A DNA stretch of 54,218 nucleotides from positions 1 to 54,218 of the IMG/VR virus record IMGVR_UViG_3300037478_000320; one strand, 5' to 3'. The translations under genes were made by a program, and so were the position numbers. Below the pieces are notes generated by a model that worked only from the letters and a program-made list of their open reading frames with translations, ran no database searches and was not told the DNA's origin. Each line of letters opens with the position of its first letter. Positions within the stretch are counted from its first letter, which is position 1. Below, piece by piece: positions 26,368-35,444 of this stretch. This DNA comes from a virus. Lineage: Duplodnaviria; Caudoviricetes.

Positions 26368-27420
26368 TCAGTTTGGAACCCACGGGATCAACCTTCCTTC
26401 TGAGCTGTAGACCGGTGCGGCGTCTTTCTCCCACCTGGTCATGAGAACCGGGCCGGCCTTGACCGCCGGCGCCAAGTCGGGGCACCACTCCTGTAGCGTC
26501 GTCACCATGATCTCTGACACCCTGTGAGCGGCTTCTGACGAGCGGTCTGACGGCGCTTCTCCGATAGATTCGTCATGTTGCGAGAGGATCGGACGGCAGC
26601 CCCAGAGCGGTGATTTCCGGTCAGTGAACGCTTCCTTGCCGATCCGACAGGTCGCATCCTTGAAAGCGTCGGCAGCTAGCCCCTGGAAATAACCGTTCGC
26701 GGCCTGGCAGTATTCCACCCCGCCGCGAATTCGGTCAGAGACATGTTGGACGATCTCGCCGTTCAGACCGGAGATGTAGTCCAGATAAGGATCGTTCTCT
26801 GGCCACTCGGCTTTCCACTCTCCTCGGAGCTTCTCGGCGACGATGATGCAACGGCGACAGGTCGGAGGGATTTCTCGAGCCCTGTAACCCCACTCCGTGA
26901 CCATCTCTTCGCCGCAGCGCTCGGCGCCGTCGACCAACACGCAGAACCGAATCCCCTTGTAGCCGCGCGTGCCCTTGTCGTCGATCTCGATGGGACCGTT
27001 AGGGCACCGCGTCGAGCCCGAGCCATCGGAGCGGTAGGTGAGAACCAGGGTGACCGCCCCGCCGCCGCCGGGAAACATGAAGTTTGGAGGCTTCGCGGCT
27101 TGACGGCAGTCGTCGAGGAAACTGCCCTTCTCGCGGGCGAGCATCTCGTCATAACCAACGCCGGCGATCCGCGCCCCGAGTGAGTCGTGGACCTTGATTC
27201 CGGCGTTCATGGCGTCGGCCATCTTGGACCACCCGACGATCCAGATGCAGTTCTGTGAGTGCGTAATAAGCTCCACGCCGTCCCAGTCAACGCTCCAGTA
27301 GTCGTAACCGGGTCGAGCCTTGAAGCAGCGCCGGACACCGCCCTTACGTGGCAGGGTGCCGACGGTGCCAGACGACGATCTACCCGTCGCCAGGAGCGGG
27401 TTAGGGTTTAGCGTTAGCAC
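26368..27420 (-). CDS. DNA polymerase family A, C-terminal catalytic half
   Basis: TGRSSS, motif A DWDGVEL, motif B RQAAKPPNF, N..FQG.AAD..K, motif C HDE. Confidence 0.88.
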   Translation of the reverse strand: MLTLNPNPLLATGRSSSGTVGTLPRKGGVRRCFKARPGYDYWSVDWDGVELITHSQNCIWIVGWSKMADAMNAGIKVHDSLGARIAGVGYDEMLAREKGSFLDDCRQAAKPPNFMFPGGGGAVTLVLTYRSDGSGSTRCPNGPIEIDDKGTRGYKGIRFCVLVDGAERCGEEMVTEWGYRAREIPPTCRRCIIVAEKLRGEWKAEWPENDPYLDYISGLNGEIVQHVSDRIRGGVEYCQAANGYFQGLAADAFKDATCRIGKEAFTDRKSPLWGCRPILSQHDESIGEAPSDRSSEAAHRVSEIMVTTLQEWCPDLAPAVKAGPVLMTRWEKDAAPVYSSEGRLIPWVPN

Positions 27421-27705
27421 TTACATCCTCCCGTTGGAACCGCGGTGATCGTCGGCACCTCGACGGTAAGTCGATTGCCCTGAGATCCTCGATCCCTCCT
27501 GAATGAAGTCATCGAACGTGAGCCCTCGGTTCAGGAACTCACGCTTTAGCTTCGGCAGCGCAGCAATAAGGATCTGTTTGATCCTCTGCTTCGTCACCCC
27601 AAAGTGAGCGCCGATCTGCCAGAGCTGCATCGGACCGTTGACCTCGATCACCACGTGGAGACACTCACCGGAGGGCAGGGAACATGACTCGTCGCACTCA
27701 TGCAT
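27421..27705 (-). CDS. Sigma70 region-4-like HTH protein inserted between the polA halves
   Basis: L.QIG.HFGVTKQRIKQI...AL.KLK. Confidence 0.75.
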   Translation of the reverse strand: MHECDESCSLPSGECLHVVIEVNGPMQLWQIGAHFGVTKQRIKQILIAALPKLKREFLNRGLTFDDFIQEGSRISGQSTYRRGADDHRGSNGRM

Positions 27706-28960
27706 CGAGCCCCGATTTCAGAAATGGGATGTAAGTGGTCCTCAATTTGTCTTTCTCGGAGAAGTCAGCGAACGCCATCAGCATCTCGTTGCCGGACTCG
27801 GATAGTGGGTCTCGCCCCGCGGCGACGTCGCCGGTAGGCGTCCGGGGAACGGAAGCGGAGTCCAGATCGATCCCCGTACCGCCGCAACCCGGGCAGTGCT
27901 TCTTGTTCTTCGGGTGGTCGACCTTGCCGACCCCGTGGCAGGGCTTGCACCAATCAGAGACATTTATGAGCCCCGTGCCCGTCCATCGACCAGAACCGTC
28001 ACACTCTTTACACTTCGTCTGCCCGGGAACCTGACCGGAGCCGGAGCACGTTGAGCACTCACCAGAGCAGCCGTAGGCGCGAGCCAGCATCGACTTAATC
28101 AGGACGGTGTTTTTCTTCTCCGCGCCGGTCTTCGCCGAGACTTCTGGACGACCGTCTTTCCCGAGCTTGAAGAAGCCGGCAGAGATGAACATCTCCAGAT
28201 TCTTCGCGCGCTCTTCGGTGACCTCGCGCTCGAGCTCGTCGACCGCCTCGCCATCGATGGCGAAGCCCCAGGCAGCGCCCAGCGTCATGCAGAACGCCGC
28301 GTAAACCTGCCGGCTCTGGTCGTGGAGATTGCGGCTCTCCCACTTGCTGCCGTCGCCGCGGGGCCACAGACCGTGCTGAGCGAGAGCGACCTCGAGGGTG
28401 TTGACCGCGTCGTCGATCGGGTAGATCCGGGCGTCGGTCGGCCACTCCTCGATAGGGATGTTCTCGAGCAGCGCGTAAGACTTCCGCCAGCGGTCGTTCG
28501 CCTTGGCGTTGGTGCGCCCCAGCACGAGCTCCACGCACGTGGCGAGGCTGTAGCGCGTCGTTTGCTTGCCGGTGTCGGGGTTGATCAGCGGTCCGCCGTC
28601 GGGGCTCCGACCGAGATGTCCCTCAGCAATGGCGTGCAGCGCCTCGCCTAGCTGAATGTCCCAGACCTCGCCGCGGTCGAGCTTGGCGAAGATCGCTGGC
28701 ATGGCGTCGATCCCTCGCCTGGATAGCTCGTTCGCGCAGACCAGAAGATCATAGGAAATGTTTGCGCCAGTCAGAATCGCGTCTGACTCGATGAGTCCCT
28801 GGAACATCGATAGTGTCCGCTCCTTGTCGAGACACTCGCCGTTAATTTTCCCGTCAGAGAAGGCAGCGACCGAACCGCACACCAGCGGCGGCGCGGCGAG
28901 ACCGGGCTGGATTAGGTGTGTCTCCGTGTCGAAGGCGACGAAGCGGGAGGGGTCAGTCAA
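27698..28960 (-). CDS. DNA polymerase family A, N-terminal half (3'-5' exonuclease and thumb) with DnaJ-type zinc finger
   Basis: ExoI FDTET, ExoII N..YD, ExoIII Y..DDA; four CxxCxGxG repeats; ends KLRTTY. Confidence 0.85.
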   Translation of the reverse strand: MTDPSRFVAFDTETHLIQPGLAAPPLVCGSVAAFSDGKINGECLDKERTLSMFQGLIESDAILTGANISYDLLVCANELSRRGIDAMPAIFAKLDRGEVWDIQLGEALHAIAEGHLGRSPDGGPLINPDTGKQTTRYSLATCVELVLGRTNAKANDRWRKSYALLENIPIEEWPTDARIYPIDDAVNTLEVALAQHGLWPRGDGSKWESRNLHDQSRQVYAAFCMTLGAAWGFAIDGEAVDELEREVTEERAKNLEMFISAGFFKLGKDGRPEVSAKTGAEKKNTVLIKSMLARAYGCSGECSTCSGSGQVPGQTKCKECDGSGRWTGTGLINVSDWCKPCHGVGKVDHPKNKKHCPGCGGTGIDLDSASVPRTPTGDVAAGRDPLSESGNEMLMAFADFSEKDKLRTTYIPFLKSGLDA

Positions 28961-29188
28961 ACCGCCCCCTGTCGTAAGGGTCTTTGGCGTGGCATATCCT
29001 GCACATGGCGCCTTTCATCATCTTTTGGCGCCCATAACCGTTGTCCCACATCCACGAGTAAGGCCCTCTCGCTTCCTCGGGGTGCTTGCAGGACTCCACC
29101 AGACGGAGGCGTTGAGCTTCGGCCTCTTTCCACAGCTCGTCCCGCTGCTTCAGGAGGTCGAAATAGCGTCGCTGTGCTTTCGTCAGAC

Positions 29189-29488
29189 TCATTCGACGGG
29201 ACTCCCTCGTCGACCGATCGACTGACCGAGCAGACCTGACGGCCACTCGCGGAACAGCCGAATCAACATGGCGACCACGTCGACCAACTCATCGTGCATG
29301 GCCTCGGAGCGAGGGCGTTTCTCCGAGCCGCTTGTGGCTGCCTTGATCAGCTCGCCGGCCTCCTCCGCCAAACGGCAGCAAGTGAACTCGCAGGATGAGT
29401 GCAAACCCCACCGCTGCACCGCAAGGTCAGCCCGAGCAAACGCCTCAGACAGCACTAGGTCGAAGTAGACTTCTTCGGTGTCGATCAC
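29189..29488 (-). CDS. MazG-like NTP pyrophosphohydrolase
   Basis: LAEEAGEL..A...DELVDV motifs; start approximate. Confidence 0.65.
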   Translation of the reverse strand: MIDTEEVYFDLVLSEAFARADLAVQRWGLHSSCEFTCCRLAEEAGELIKAATSGSEKRPRSEAMHDELVDVVAMLIRLFREWPSGLLGQSIGRRGSPVE

Positions 29489-30093
29489 AGTGAAAGCTCG
29501 TGGTAGCGGAGAAGAAATGCGACCTCGGCGCGCTCCGGGGAGTAACCGGCGATCTCGGCCCCGAGCGGCTCGGAAGTAACACCCTTCGACCGGAGATAAG
29601 CTGCGCCGTTCGTCAGGAGCGCGAGGCACTCGTCGATGACAACCCCGACATCGGCGGCGTGGACCGCGGCGGCGGATTCCGGCGTGGACTTGACGCCAAA
29701 GCGCTCATAGATCGTACGGGAAACGGTTTTCTCCAGCGTGCGAAAACCGAGCATGACACTCAGTGACTTGAGCTGTTTAATCATGTCCCCCACGACTGCC
29801 TCGCTGGCGTCGTGCATGAGACCTTCGAGGGCGTATTCCTCGGGCACTAGTCGACTGACAAGCACTGAGTGCTCCGCGACCGTGTACGTCACCCGGGTAG
29901 CGCCGCCGTATCGCCCGCAGCCGAAGGCCAGGTGGTGCGCGATGTCTTCGATCTCGAAGTCCTCGGGTCGGAGATCGAGTGGGTACCAGAGCTGGCCGGT
30001 GAAGGTCGGCATCGACGGACCGAAGCGGGAACGCGACGGCCCGGAGAACTCCTCGAAAGACATAGTCCCCTTGGGCCATTGACCACAGGTCAT
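29485..30093 (-). CDS. HD-domain (YfbR-like) nucleotide phosphohydrolase
   Basis: IEDIAH.L, R..G, Y.VAEHS, LMHDASEA..GD. Confidence 0.85.
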   Translation of the reverse strand: MTCGQWPKGTMSFEEFSGPSRSRFGPSMPTFTGQLWYPLDLRPEDFEIEDIAHHLAFGCGRYGGATRVTYTVAEHSVLVSRLVPEEYALEGLMHDASEAVVGDMIKQLKSLSVMLGFRTLEKTVSRTIYERFGVKSTPESAAAVHAADVGVVIDECLALLTNGAAYLRSKGVTSEPLGAEIAGYSPERAEVAFLLRYHELSL

Positions 30094-30347
30094 AGCGCGT
30101 AACTCCCGAGCGACCGCGTCAGGCCGATCTGCTTCGTCTCTCCCGTGACCTCGCTCTGCCATTCGTAGACGTAGGCGCCGAAGATATGGACGCGACCGTC
30201 GACGACTTCCTCGAGGCGCTCGAACTCGACAAGCTCCCAGCCCCTGACCCCGTTGCGGGGGAAGGGGAGAAGCGCAGGAGGCAGACCTCCGAGGATGAAG
30301 CCGTTGCTGACTGCTGGGTACATCAGACGCGCTCCGGCCACGACCAC
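30090..30347 (-). CDS. Hypothetical protein
   Basis: ATGA coupling in the operon; start uncertain. Confidence 0.4.
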   Translation of the reverse strand: MVVAGARLMYPAVSNGFILGGLPPALLPFPRNGVRGWELVEFERLEEVVDGRVHIFGAYVYEWQSEVTGETKQIGLTRSLGSYAL

Positions 30348-30538
30348 TCGCCCGCGCCGGTGCCCTCAACGACGAACAGCCGAGGGTACATATGGTTGTA
30401 ATTGAACACCTGCAGGTGAACACTATCGCCCTCGTCATTCACCTTCGTGATGATCGCAGCCCTGGGCTCGATAGCGCCCTCGGAGTGGATCAAGTAGTGA
30501 ACGATCCGACCAACACTCGGCTTCGGTTTCATAATCAT
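30323..30538 (-). CDS. Small conserved phage protein (P.VGRIVHY family)
   Basis: KPSVGRIVHY...AAIIT.V...W.WP.RV pattern. Confidence 0.7.
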   Translation of the reverse strand: MIMKPKPSVGRIVHYLIHSEGAIEPRAAIITKVNDEGDSVHLQVFNYNHMYPRLFVVEGTGAGEWSWPERV

Positions 30539-30662
30539 TTGAACGTCAGGGCGTCAGAGATAATTCCAACCGGGCTAAGTTGTGGAAATCACACTCTGAG
30601 TGTACCACGTCAGGAGCCCGTGTTACCGTCAGCCAAACTTCTGACGCCGGGGAGATCGCCCT

Positions 30663-31046
30663 ATGAGCTTTTCTGACTACCTCGAAGACGCGGTTCTCGA
30701 CCACGTGTTTCGCAACACCGCTCTGACGTCGCCGACGACCGTCTATGCCGCCCTCTTCACCGCCGCGCCCAACGACGCCGGCGGCGGAACCGAGGTCTCA
30801 GGCAACGCTTACGCCCGAGTCGCTGCGACGTTCGGCGCATCCTCCGGCGGTGAGATCGCGAATAGCTCCGCGGTCACCTTCGACACCGCGACCGGCAGCT
30901 GGGGCACCGTTTCTCACTTCGCCATCTTCGACGCCGCGACCGATGGCAACATGCTGGCACACGCCGCGCTGGGGGCGAGCAAGGCTATCGCCGCCGATGA
31001 CACCGCTGAATTCGCCGTTGGCGACCTTACCGTCTCCCTTGACTAG
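30663..31046 (+). CDS. Tail-fibre-associated structural protein
   Basis: SDYLE...L, Y.ALFTA.P..AG...EV....YAR, WGT..HF...DA.T.GN.L motifs. Confidence 0.75.
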   Translation: MSFSDYLEDAVLDHVFRNTALTSPTTVYAALFTAAPNDAGGGTEVSGNAYARVAATFGASSGGEIANSSAVTFDTATGSWGTVSHFAIFDAATDGNMLAHAALGASKAIAADDTAEFAVGDLTVSLD

Positions 31047-31049
31047 CCT

Positions 31050-32444
31050 ATGGCTGCTGAGCGTCAGGCTCCTGACGCAATCCTGGCGTCGTCGCAGCTG
31101 TCCGGTGCGGTCGGCGACATCGACGACGATCCCGACTCCCCCGACGGCTCCTGGCTAACGCAGTCAGGCAATAACACCGATACCGAAGTCCGCGTCTCGT
31201 TCGCGACTCCGACCGGAGCGCCGGCGTCGTCCCAGGAATTCCGCGCGCTCGTGCGCAAGACCTCGGGGCAGAGCGGCACTCCAACCGCCCGTCTCGAGCT
31301 ATGGGAGGGCGGGTTGCTAGTCGCCGCAAGCAGCGACGTCAACGTTACATCCGAATCAGGCCAGGTGATCTCCCTTCCCTGGGACGCATCTCAGATCTCG
31401 GGCTCTGACGGCAGCTCCGTCGAGTGTCTGGTGCATGGGACCAAGTCAGGAGGCAGCCCTACGGCGAGGGCTACCGTTGACGTCGGCGCCGTCGAATGGA
31501 ATGTCGAATACTCGACCGGTAGCGCCGTCTCGCTCGCCGGCGCCGCCGCCGCGTCTTCGTCCACCGCCGGCTCCCTGTCCACCTCTCGAGGCCTGCTCGG
31601 TCTCGCCGCCGTCGCCGCAATCGCCGCGGGAGCGCTCCTGGCGACTCGAGGGCTCGACGCGTCGGCGACCGCGACCGCAAGCGCCTCGGGTGATCTGTCG
31701 ATCGCGTCGGCAGCCGTCGCCCTCGACGGAGCCGCAAGTGCCGGATCGTCGGCGGCCGGTTCGCTGTCCCCCGTCCGGGGACTACCCGGCTCCTCGGTGG
31801 CTTCCGCTTCGAGTTCCGGCTCCGTCGCGGCGACCCGGGGTCTGAGCGGCTCCCTGTCCGCGGCTAGCGACGCCGGGGGCGAGCTGTCTGTCTCCGGCTC
31901 GGCGGGTCTCACGGGTGCCGTGGCGAGCTCCTCGGCAGCGTCCGGTGCCATCGCCGTCATCCGGGGTCTGTCCGGGTTGGCGAGCGTCTCAGGCGCGGCC
32001 AGCGGGGATCTCAGCGTTGGGGGTCTCCAGTCTCTCGCCGGCGACTCCCAGGCGTCGAGCGCCACGTCAGGCATCGTTAGGGTCGCCCGCGGCTTGAGCG
32101 GCACCGTGGCGGCGTCATCGGCGTCCTCAGGCTCGCTGGAGACCACGTCCAGCGTGAGGCTGTCCGGCACGAGCTCAAGCTCCGCCAGCGTCTCTGGGGC
32201 TGTCGTGGTCGTCCGAGGGCTCCTGGGATCGGCGGCGACTAACTCGACGGCGTCGGGGTTGCTGTCGGCTCACCGGACGCTGACCGCGGAGGCGGCAGTC
32301 ATCGGATCGGCGAGCGGCTCCCTGACCGTGGGATCACCTTCGGCTCGACCAGAGGATCTCAGGCAAGTGGCGTTCCTTAGGAAGGTCCGGCGAACCCTAA
32401 ACAAACAACGATCGCGGCACTCGCGAGTGAGGCTCAGAGAATGA
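31050..32444 (+). CDS. Ala/Ser/Gly-rich repetitive fibre-like protein
   Basis: N-terminal globular domain followed by ~15 repeats of ~19-20 aa (L.G......S...G.L...R). Confidence 0.7.
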   Translation: MAAERQAPDAILASSQLSGAVGDIDDDPDSPDGSWLTQSGNNTDTEVRVSFATPTGAPASSQEFRALVRKTSGQSGTPTARLELWEGGLLVAASSDVNVTSESGQVISLPWDASQISGSDGSSVECLVHGTKSGGSPTARATVDVGAVEWNVEYSTGSAVSLAGAAAASSSTAGSLSTSRGLLGLAAVAAIAAGALLATRGLDASATATASASGDLSIASAAVALDGAASAGSSAAGSLSPVRGLPGSSVASASSSGSVAATRGLSGSLSAASDAGGELSVSGSAGLTGAVASSSAASGAIAVIRGLSGLASVSGAASGDLSVGGLQSLAGDSQASSATSGIVRVARGLSGTVAASSASSGSLETTSSVRLSGTSSSSASVSGAVVVVRGLLGSAATNSTASGLLSAHRTLTAEAAVIGSASGSLTVGSPSARPEDLRQVAFLRKVRRTLNKQRSRHSRVRLRE

Positions 32445-32743
32445 AAGTCGGCGACACCACACCGCCCATCGCTGTCGAGGTGACCAGCGACGGATCCCCG
32501 GTCGATCTCACCAATGCGACGGTGACTTTCCGTGTGCGCAAACCGTCCGGCACCGTGGTGAATTGGGACGGGGAAGTCACCGATGGACCGGCCGGTGAGG
32601 TCGAGTACGACCCCGAGACGGGGGACATTGACGAAGCGGGGATCTGGTACTTCGAGCTCGAGCTCGATTGGGGCGGCGGCAGCATCGAGACATCGCCGGC
32701 CGACGGCGTCTCCACGTTCGTGGTTCATGACGCGATCGACTAG
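32441..32743 (+). CDS. BppU N-terminal-like adaptor protein
   Basis: GDT, P.DLT.A.V.F, G.V.Y....GD....G...E...P motifs. Confidence 0.7.
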   Translation: MKVGDTTPPIAVEVTSDGSPVDLTNATVTFRVRKPSGTVVNWDGEVTDGPAGEVEYDPETGDIDEAGIWYFELELDWGGGSIETSPADGVSTFVVHDAID

Positions 32744-32835
32744 CGTTTCCCATATTCTCGGAACGATCCCTTGCACTTCGCCACGGTGGGAAATATTCTC
32801 CCGTGCAGGTGCTTGGTATCATTGATAATGCCCTT

Positions 32836-32880
32836 ACTGGGGGTCAAGGAGTCGCTGGTTCAAATCCAGTCGCCCCGACA
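32836..32880 (+). mobile_element. attP: attP core: 3' half of tRNA-Pro(GGG)
   Basis: CTGGGGG loop, TCAAG, variable region, T-arm GCTGG-TTCAAAT-CCAGT and acceptor strand CGCCCCG-A; no 5' half; 12-bp tandem repeats GGGKTGGGTAAA at 32921-32944 resemble arm sites; integrase nearby. Confidence 0.85.
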
Positions 32881-32960
32881 ATATCATTAGGGTTTTTGGG
32901 ATTGGTCGAGCGTTTAAAGAGGGTTGGGTAAAGGGGTGGGTAAACGCTCGACCCCCTAAG

Positions 32961-33347
32961 TTAGCCTTCGCCGCAACCCGGACAACCGTTGTAGGTCTGG
33001 GCGCACTCTGAGCATAGTCGCTCGCCACAGGGACACTCTAAAACGTCATCCTCGGTCTCGCAGACGAAGCATCGCTGTTCGTCCCAGACCCAGCCGTCGA
33101 CGGTCTCGTATAGTGATCCGTCTTCGAGTCGCCGATCGATCTCCCCGTTCAGCCACGCATGAACAACGCACCCTATCTCCTGGTCGGCTTTGTGTTTAGA
33201 GAACTCGATCTTCATTCGCCGAAGCAGGTCCTCTCGGAAATCCGCAGGTGTAGCCTCTGTGAATGTCACGGTCATCTCTCGACCGCTCAATGAGACGCTT
33301 GAGCACCCAGGCCAAGCGAGCATCGTTACTTTGACTGTTAATTTCAT
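32961..33347 (-). CDS. Hypothetical protein with C-terminal Cys-rich zinc finger
   Basis: CFVC...CPCG..LC..C.....CPGC; ATGA coupling to the integrase. Confidence 0.6.
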   Translation of the reverse strand: MKLTVKVTMLAWPGCSSVSLSGREMTVTFTEATPADFREDLLRRMKIEFSKHKADQEIGCVVHAWLNGEIDRRLEDGSLYETVDGWVWDEQRCFVCETEDDVLECPCGERLCSECAQTYNGCPGCGEG

Positions 33348-34423
33348 CCCGTCTTTCCTCCCTGTAGCAGTTTCAGACCCTCGACGACTTCGCCAGCTTC
33401 CTCCGCGCCGGGCTCGGCGTAGTGTCGACGCATGACCTCGGGGTCATTACCGAGCTGGTCGGCGATCAGCTGAGCCGCGATCCCTCGCTTCGACAGCAAG
33501 GTCGCGATCAGACCACGCATGGAGTGAGCCGTGGCGTTCGGGATCTCTGCTTTCTTGCAGACCCGATGCACTTGGTCGCGGACCCATTGCCGGGTGTGGG
33601 GGCGATCCTTCCGACCACGGAAAATCGGATCCCCGGGCTCGCGACCGTCGACCAGCTTCAAGAGCATGTCCGACAGGAGCTCGGGGACCTCTAGGGTCAA
33701 ATCCTTCTCGTTCTTTCGATCCTCGACGTGGATGACGTCGCCGGGTCGCTCGTCTTCGTCGAGGTTCCCGCAGACCAGACCGACGATCTCGGACGCTCGG
33801 AGTCCCAGGAGCACGGCGACGATCCCGGCGACGGCGCCGTAGTCATTGGATTCGGACATCTCGAGCGCGGCGCCGTACCACTTCCGGGCATCCTTGATCC
33901 GCATCTTGTACCCCGACTTGCCCAGGCTCTTGCCCCGGGGGCGGAGCTTGCCGACCCCCTTAACCTTCGTCGCCGGGTGCTCCTTGAGGTGACCGCCGTC
34001 GACGCACCATTGGAGAAACGTCTTCGTCTCCTTGAGCGCGGCGCGGTGGCTGTCGGGGGCCAGGGGCTCGCCGGTCGTCTTGCTCGGCCGCGTCCTCAGG
34101 TCGTCATAGAGCGCCTGACAGCGCGCCGGTGACAGGGCGGCCAGTGGTAGGGGCTTGGGAAAGAATCTCGCCAGGGCCCACTCCGTGCGCTCGATGGAAC
34201 GCTCTTTGAGCCCACGTTCCCGGAGCTCGCGGATGTAGCGCTTGGTGAGGGAGTCGGTGGTGCGATCGAGCTGCGCGATCCCGGCTCGGAGGATCTCTAC
34301 GTAGCGCTCGGCTTCCGCTTCGCTGCGAAACGCTCGAGAGACTTTCGAGCCATCTCCTGTAATTTCGATGACTCGGTATCGGTCTCGTCCGGCTTCAAAG
34401 TATGGTCCGAGGACTCGTTCCAT
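33344..34423 (-). CDS. int: Tyrosine integrase
   Basis: GLRASE (R), K, HSMR (HxxR), LGN, HY catalytic set. Confidence 0.9.
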   Translation of the reverse strand: MERVLGPYFEAGRDRYRVIEITGDGSKVSRAFRSEAEAERYVEILRAGIAQLDRTTDSLTKRYIRELRERGLKERSIERTEWALARFFPKPLPLAALSPARCQALYDDLRTRPSKTTGEPLAPDSHRAALKETKTFLQWCVDGGHLKEHPATKVKGVGKLRPRGKSLGKSGYKMRIKDARKWYGAALEMSESNDYGAVAGIVAVLLGLRASEIVGLVCGNLDEDERPGDVIHVEDRKNEKDLTLEVPELLSDMLLKLVDGREPGDPIFRGRKDRPHTRQWVRDQVHRVCKKAEIPNATAHSMRGLIATLLSKRGIAAQLIADQLGNDPEVMRRHYAEPGAEEAGEVVEGLKLLQGGKTG

Positions 34424-34504
34424 GGTGGTTCACGGTCGCTGATAACGCGATTCAGTCTACTGACTGCTTCTGTCAGGCCCTGGATCGCGGCGAGGAGCTC
34501 GGGG

Positions 34505-34888
34505 TCAGCCATCGTCTTCGTCGCCCTTGAGGCGCTCGAGATCAGCGTTGACTCTCGCCGAACGACGCCAGGCGGGGCGGTCTTTCGTCTTCTCTTCGAC
34601 GTCCTCGGACACACGATCGAACCACCCAGGCTGGGGACCGTCATCGCTCTTGCCGGCCAGAGTTCTCTTGATCATCACGAGAGCTTCAGCGGCCTTCCTG
34701 CCATCAGGGCCGTCGGCGGACAGCTCGATGTCGAGAAGAGCGGCGACCGCGACTTGGATCGCGTCACCCCGGAGGCGGTCGCGCTCCGCAGCCTTCACGT
34801 AGCTCAGGCACTTGGCGCACTGGTTATCAGGCGGTCGACCACAGCCGCCACACGCCGGGGAGATGAAGCCGATGACAGGGCCGCTCAT
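34505..34888 (-). CDS. Hypothetical protein with CxxC pairs
   Basis: ATGA coupling; CGGC...CAKC. Confidence 0.5.
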   Translation of the reverse strand: MSGPVIGFISPACGGCGRPPDNQCAKCLSYVKAAERDRLRGDAIQVAVAALLDIELSADGPDGRKAAEALVMIKRTLAGKSDDGPQPGWFDRVSEDVEEKTKDRPAWRRSARVNADLERLKGDEDDG

Positions 34889-35154
34889 GACTCTAGATCT
34901 CCAGCGAGATCGTCGAGGTGCTTCCCGTAGCAGGGCGGGCACCATCGAGCGTCGAAGTTGATCTCCACCTTGCAGGTCTCGCAGCGCTTCACGGTGGCGG
35001 CCTCGAGTTCGGCGACTCGGGCCGCGAGCCGGTCTCGCTCTCCAAGGGCGTCGGCCGCGAGCTGTCTCCAGTTGCAGCGCTGATCCTCGGTCGGAGCCCC
35101 ATCGAGATAGGACGCCCGAGTCAGGTTCGCCAGGGCTTTCAAGATCTTGCTCAT
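34885..35154 (-). CDS. Hypothetical protein (coiled coil plus zinc ribbon)
   Basis: CETC...CPPC. Confidence 0.55.
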   Translation of the reverse strand: MSKILKALANLTRASYLDGAPTEDQRCNWRQLAADALGERDRLAARVAELEAATVKRCETCKVEINFDARWCPPCYGKHLDDLAGDLES

Positions 35155-35433
35155 TCAGATATCTCCGTTGCTAGGGTCGACGTCCCAGACGCGGCGATCG
35201 AGACAGTCGCCATCGTCGGCCGCGTCATCATCGAGTAGATCAACGACCCCATAATCCAGGTCGACGACAATGGCGACGGAGCACACCGGGCACGACCGCG
35301 GAGCGTCCTCGAGGCATCGCCAGCAGACATCGCAGCCGCAGGGCATCTCCGCCAGGTCGCAGAGCCCGCACTGCGAGCAAGCACCTTCCTCGAAGGCGTG
35401 CGGGAAAGCGATCCGTTTCTCGGCGTCGTTCAC
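35155..35433 (-). CDS. Small Cys-rich (RING-like) protein
   Basis: CSQC...PCGC.VC..C......CPVC; SD GGAG upstream. Confidence 0.55.
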   Translation of the reverse strand: MNDAEKRIAFPHAFEEGACSQCGLCDLAEMPCGCDVCWRCLEDAPRSCPVCSVAIVVDLDYGVVDLLDDDAADDGDCLDRRVWDVDPSNGDI

Positions 35434-35444
35434 TGTGTCTCCGT

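Noticed and set aside
30495-30535. Self-target of tract 3 in the P.VGRIVHY gene (reverse decoding gives K-P-P-T-V-G-R-I versus KPKPSVGRI)
   Set aside because: Only about 5 of 15 dinucleotides match in register; at most it hints at a homolog in another phage
32836-32880. Functional tRNA-Pro gene
   Set aside because: The 5' half (acceptor, D-arm) is missing; it is better explained as the attP core
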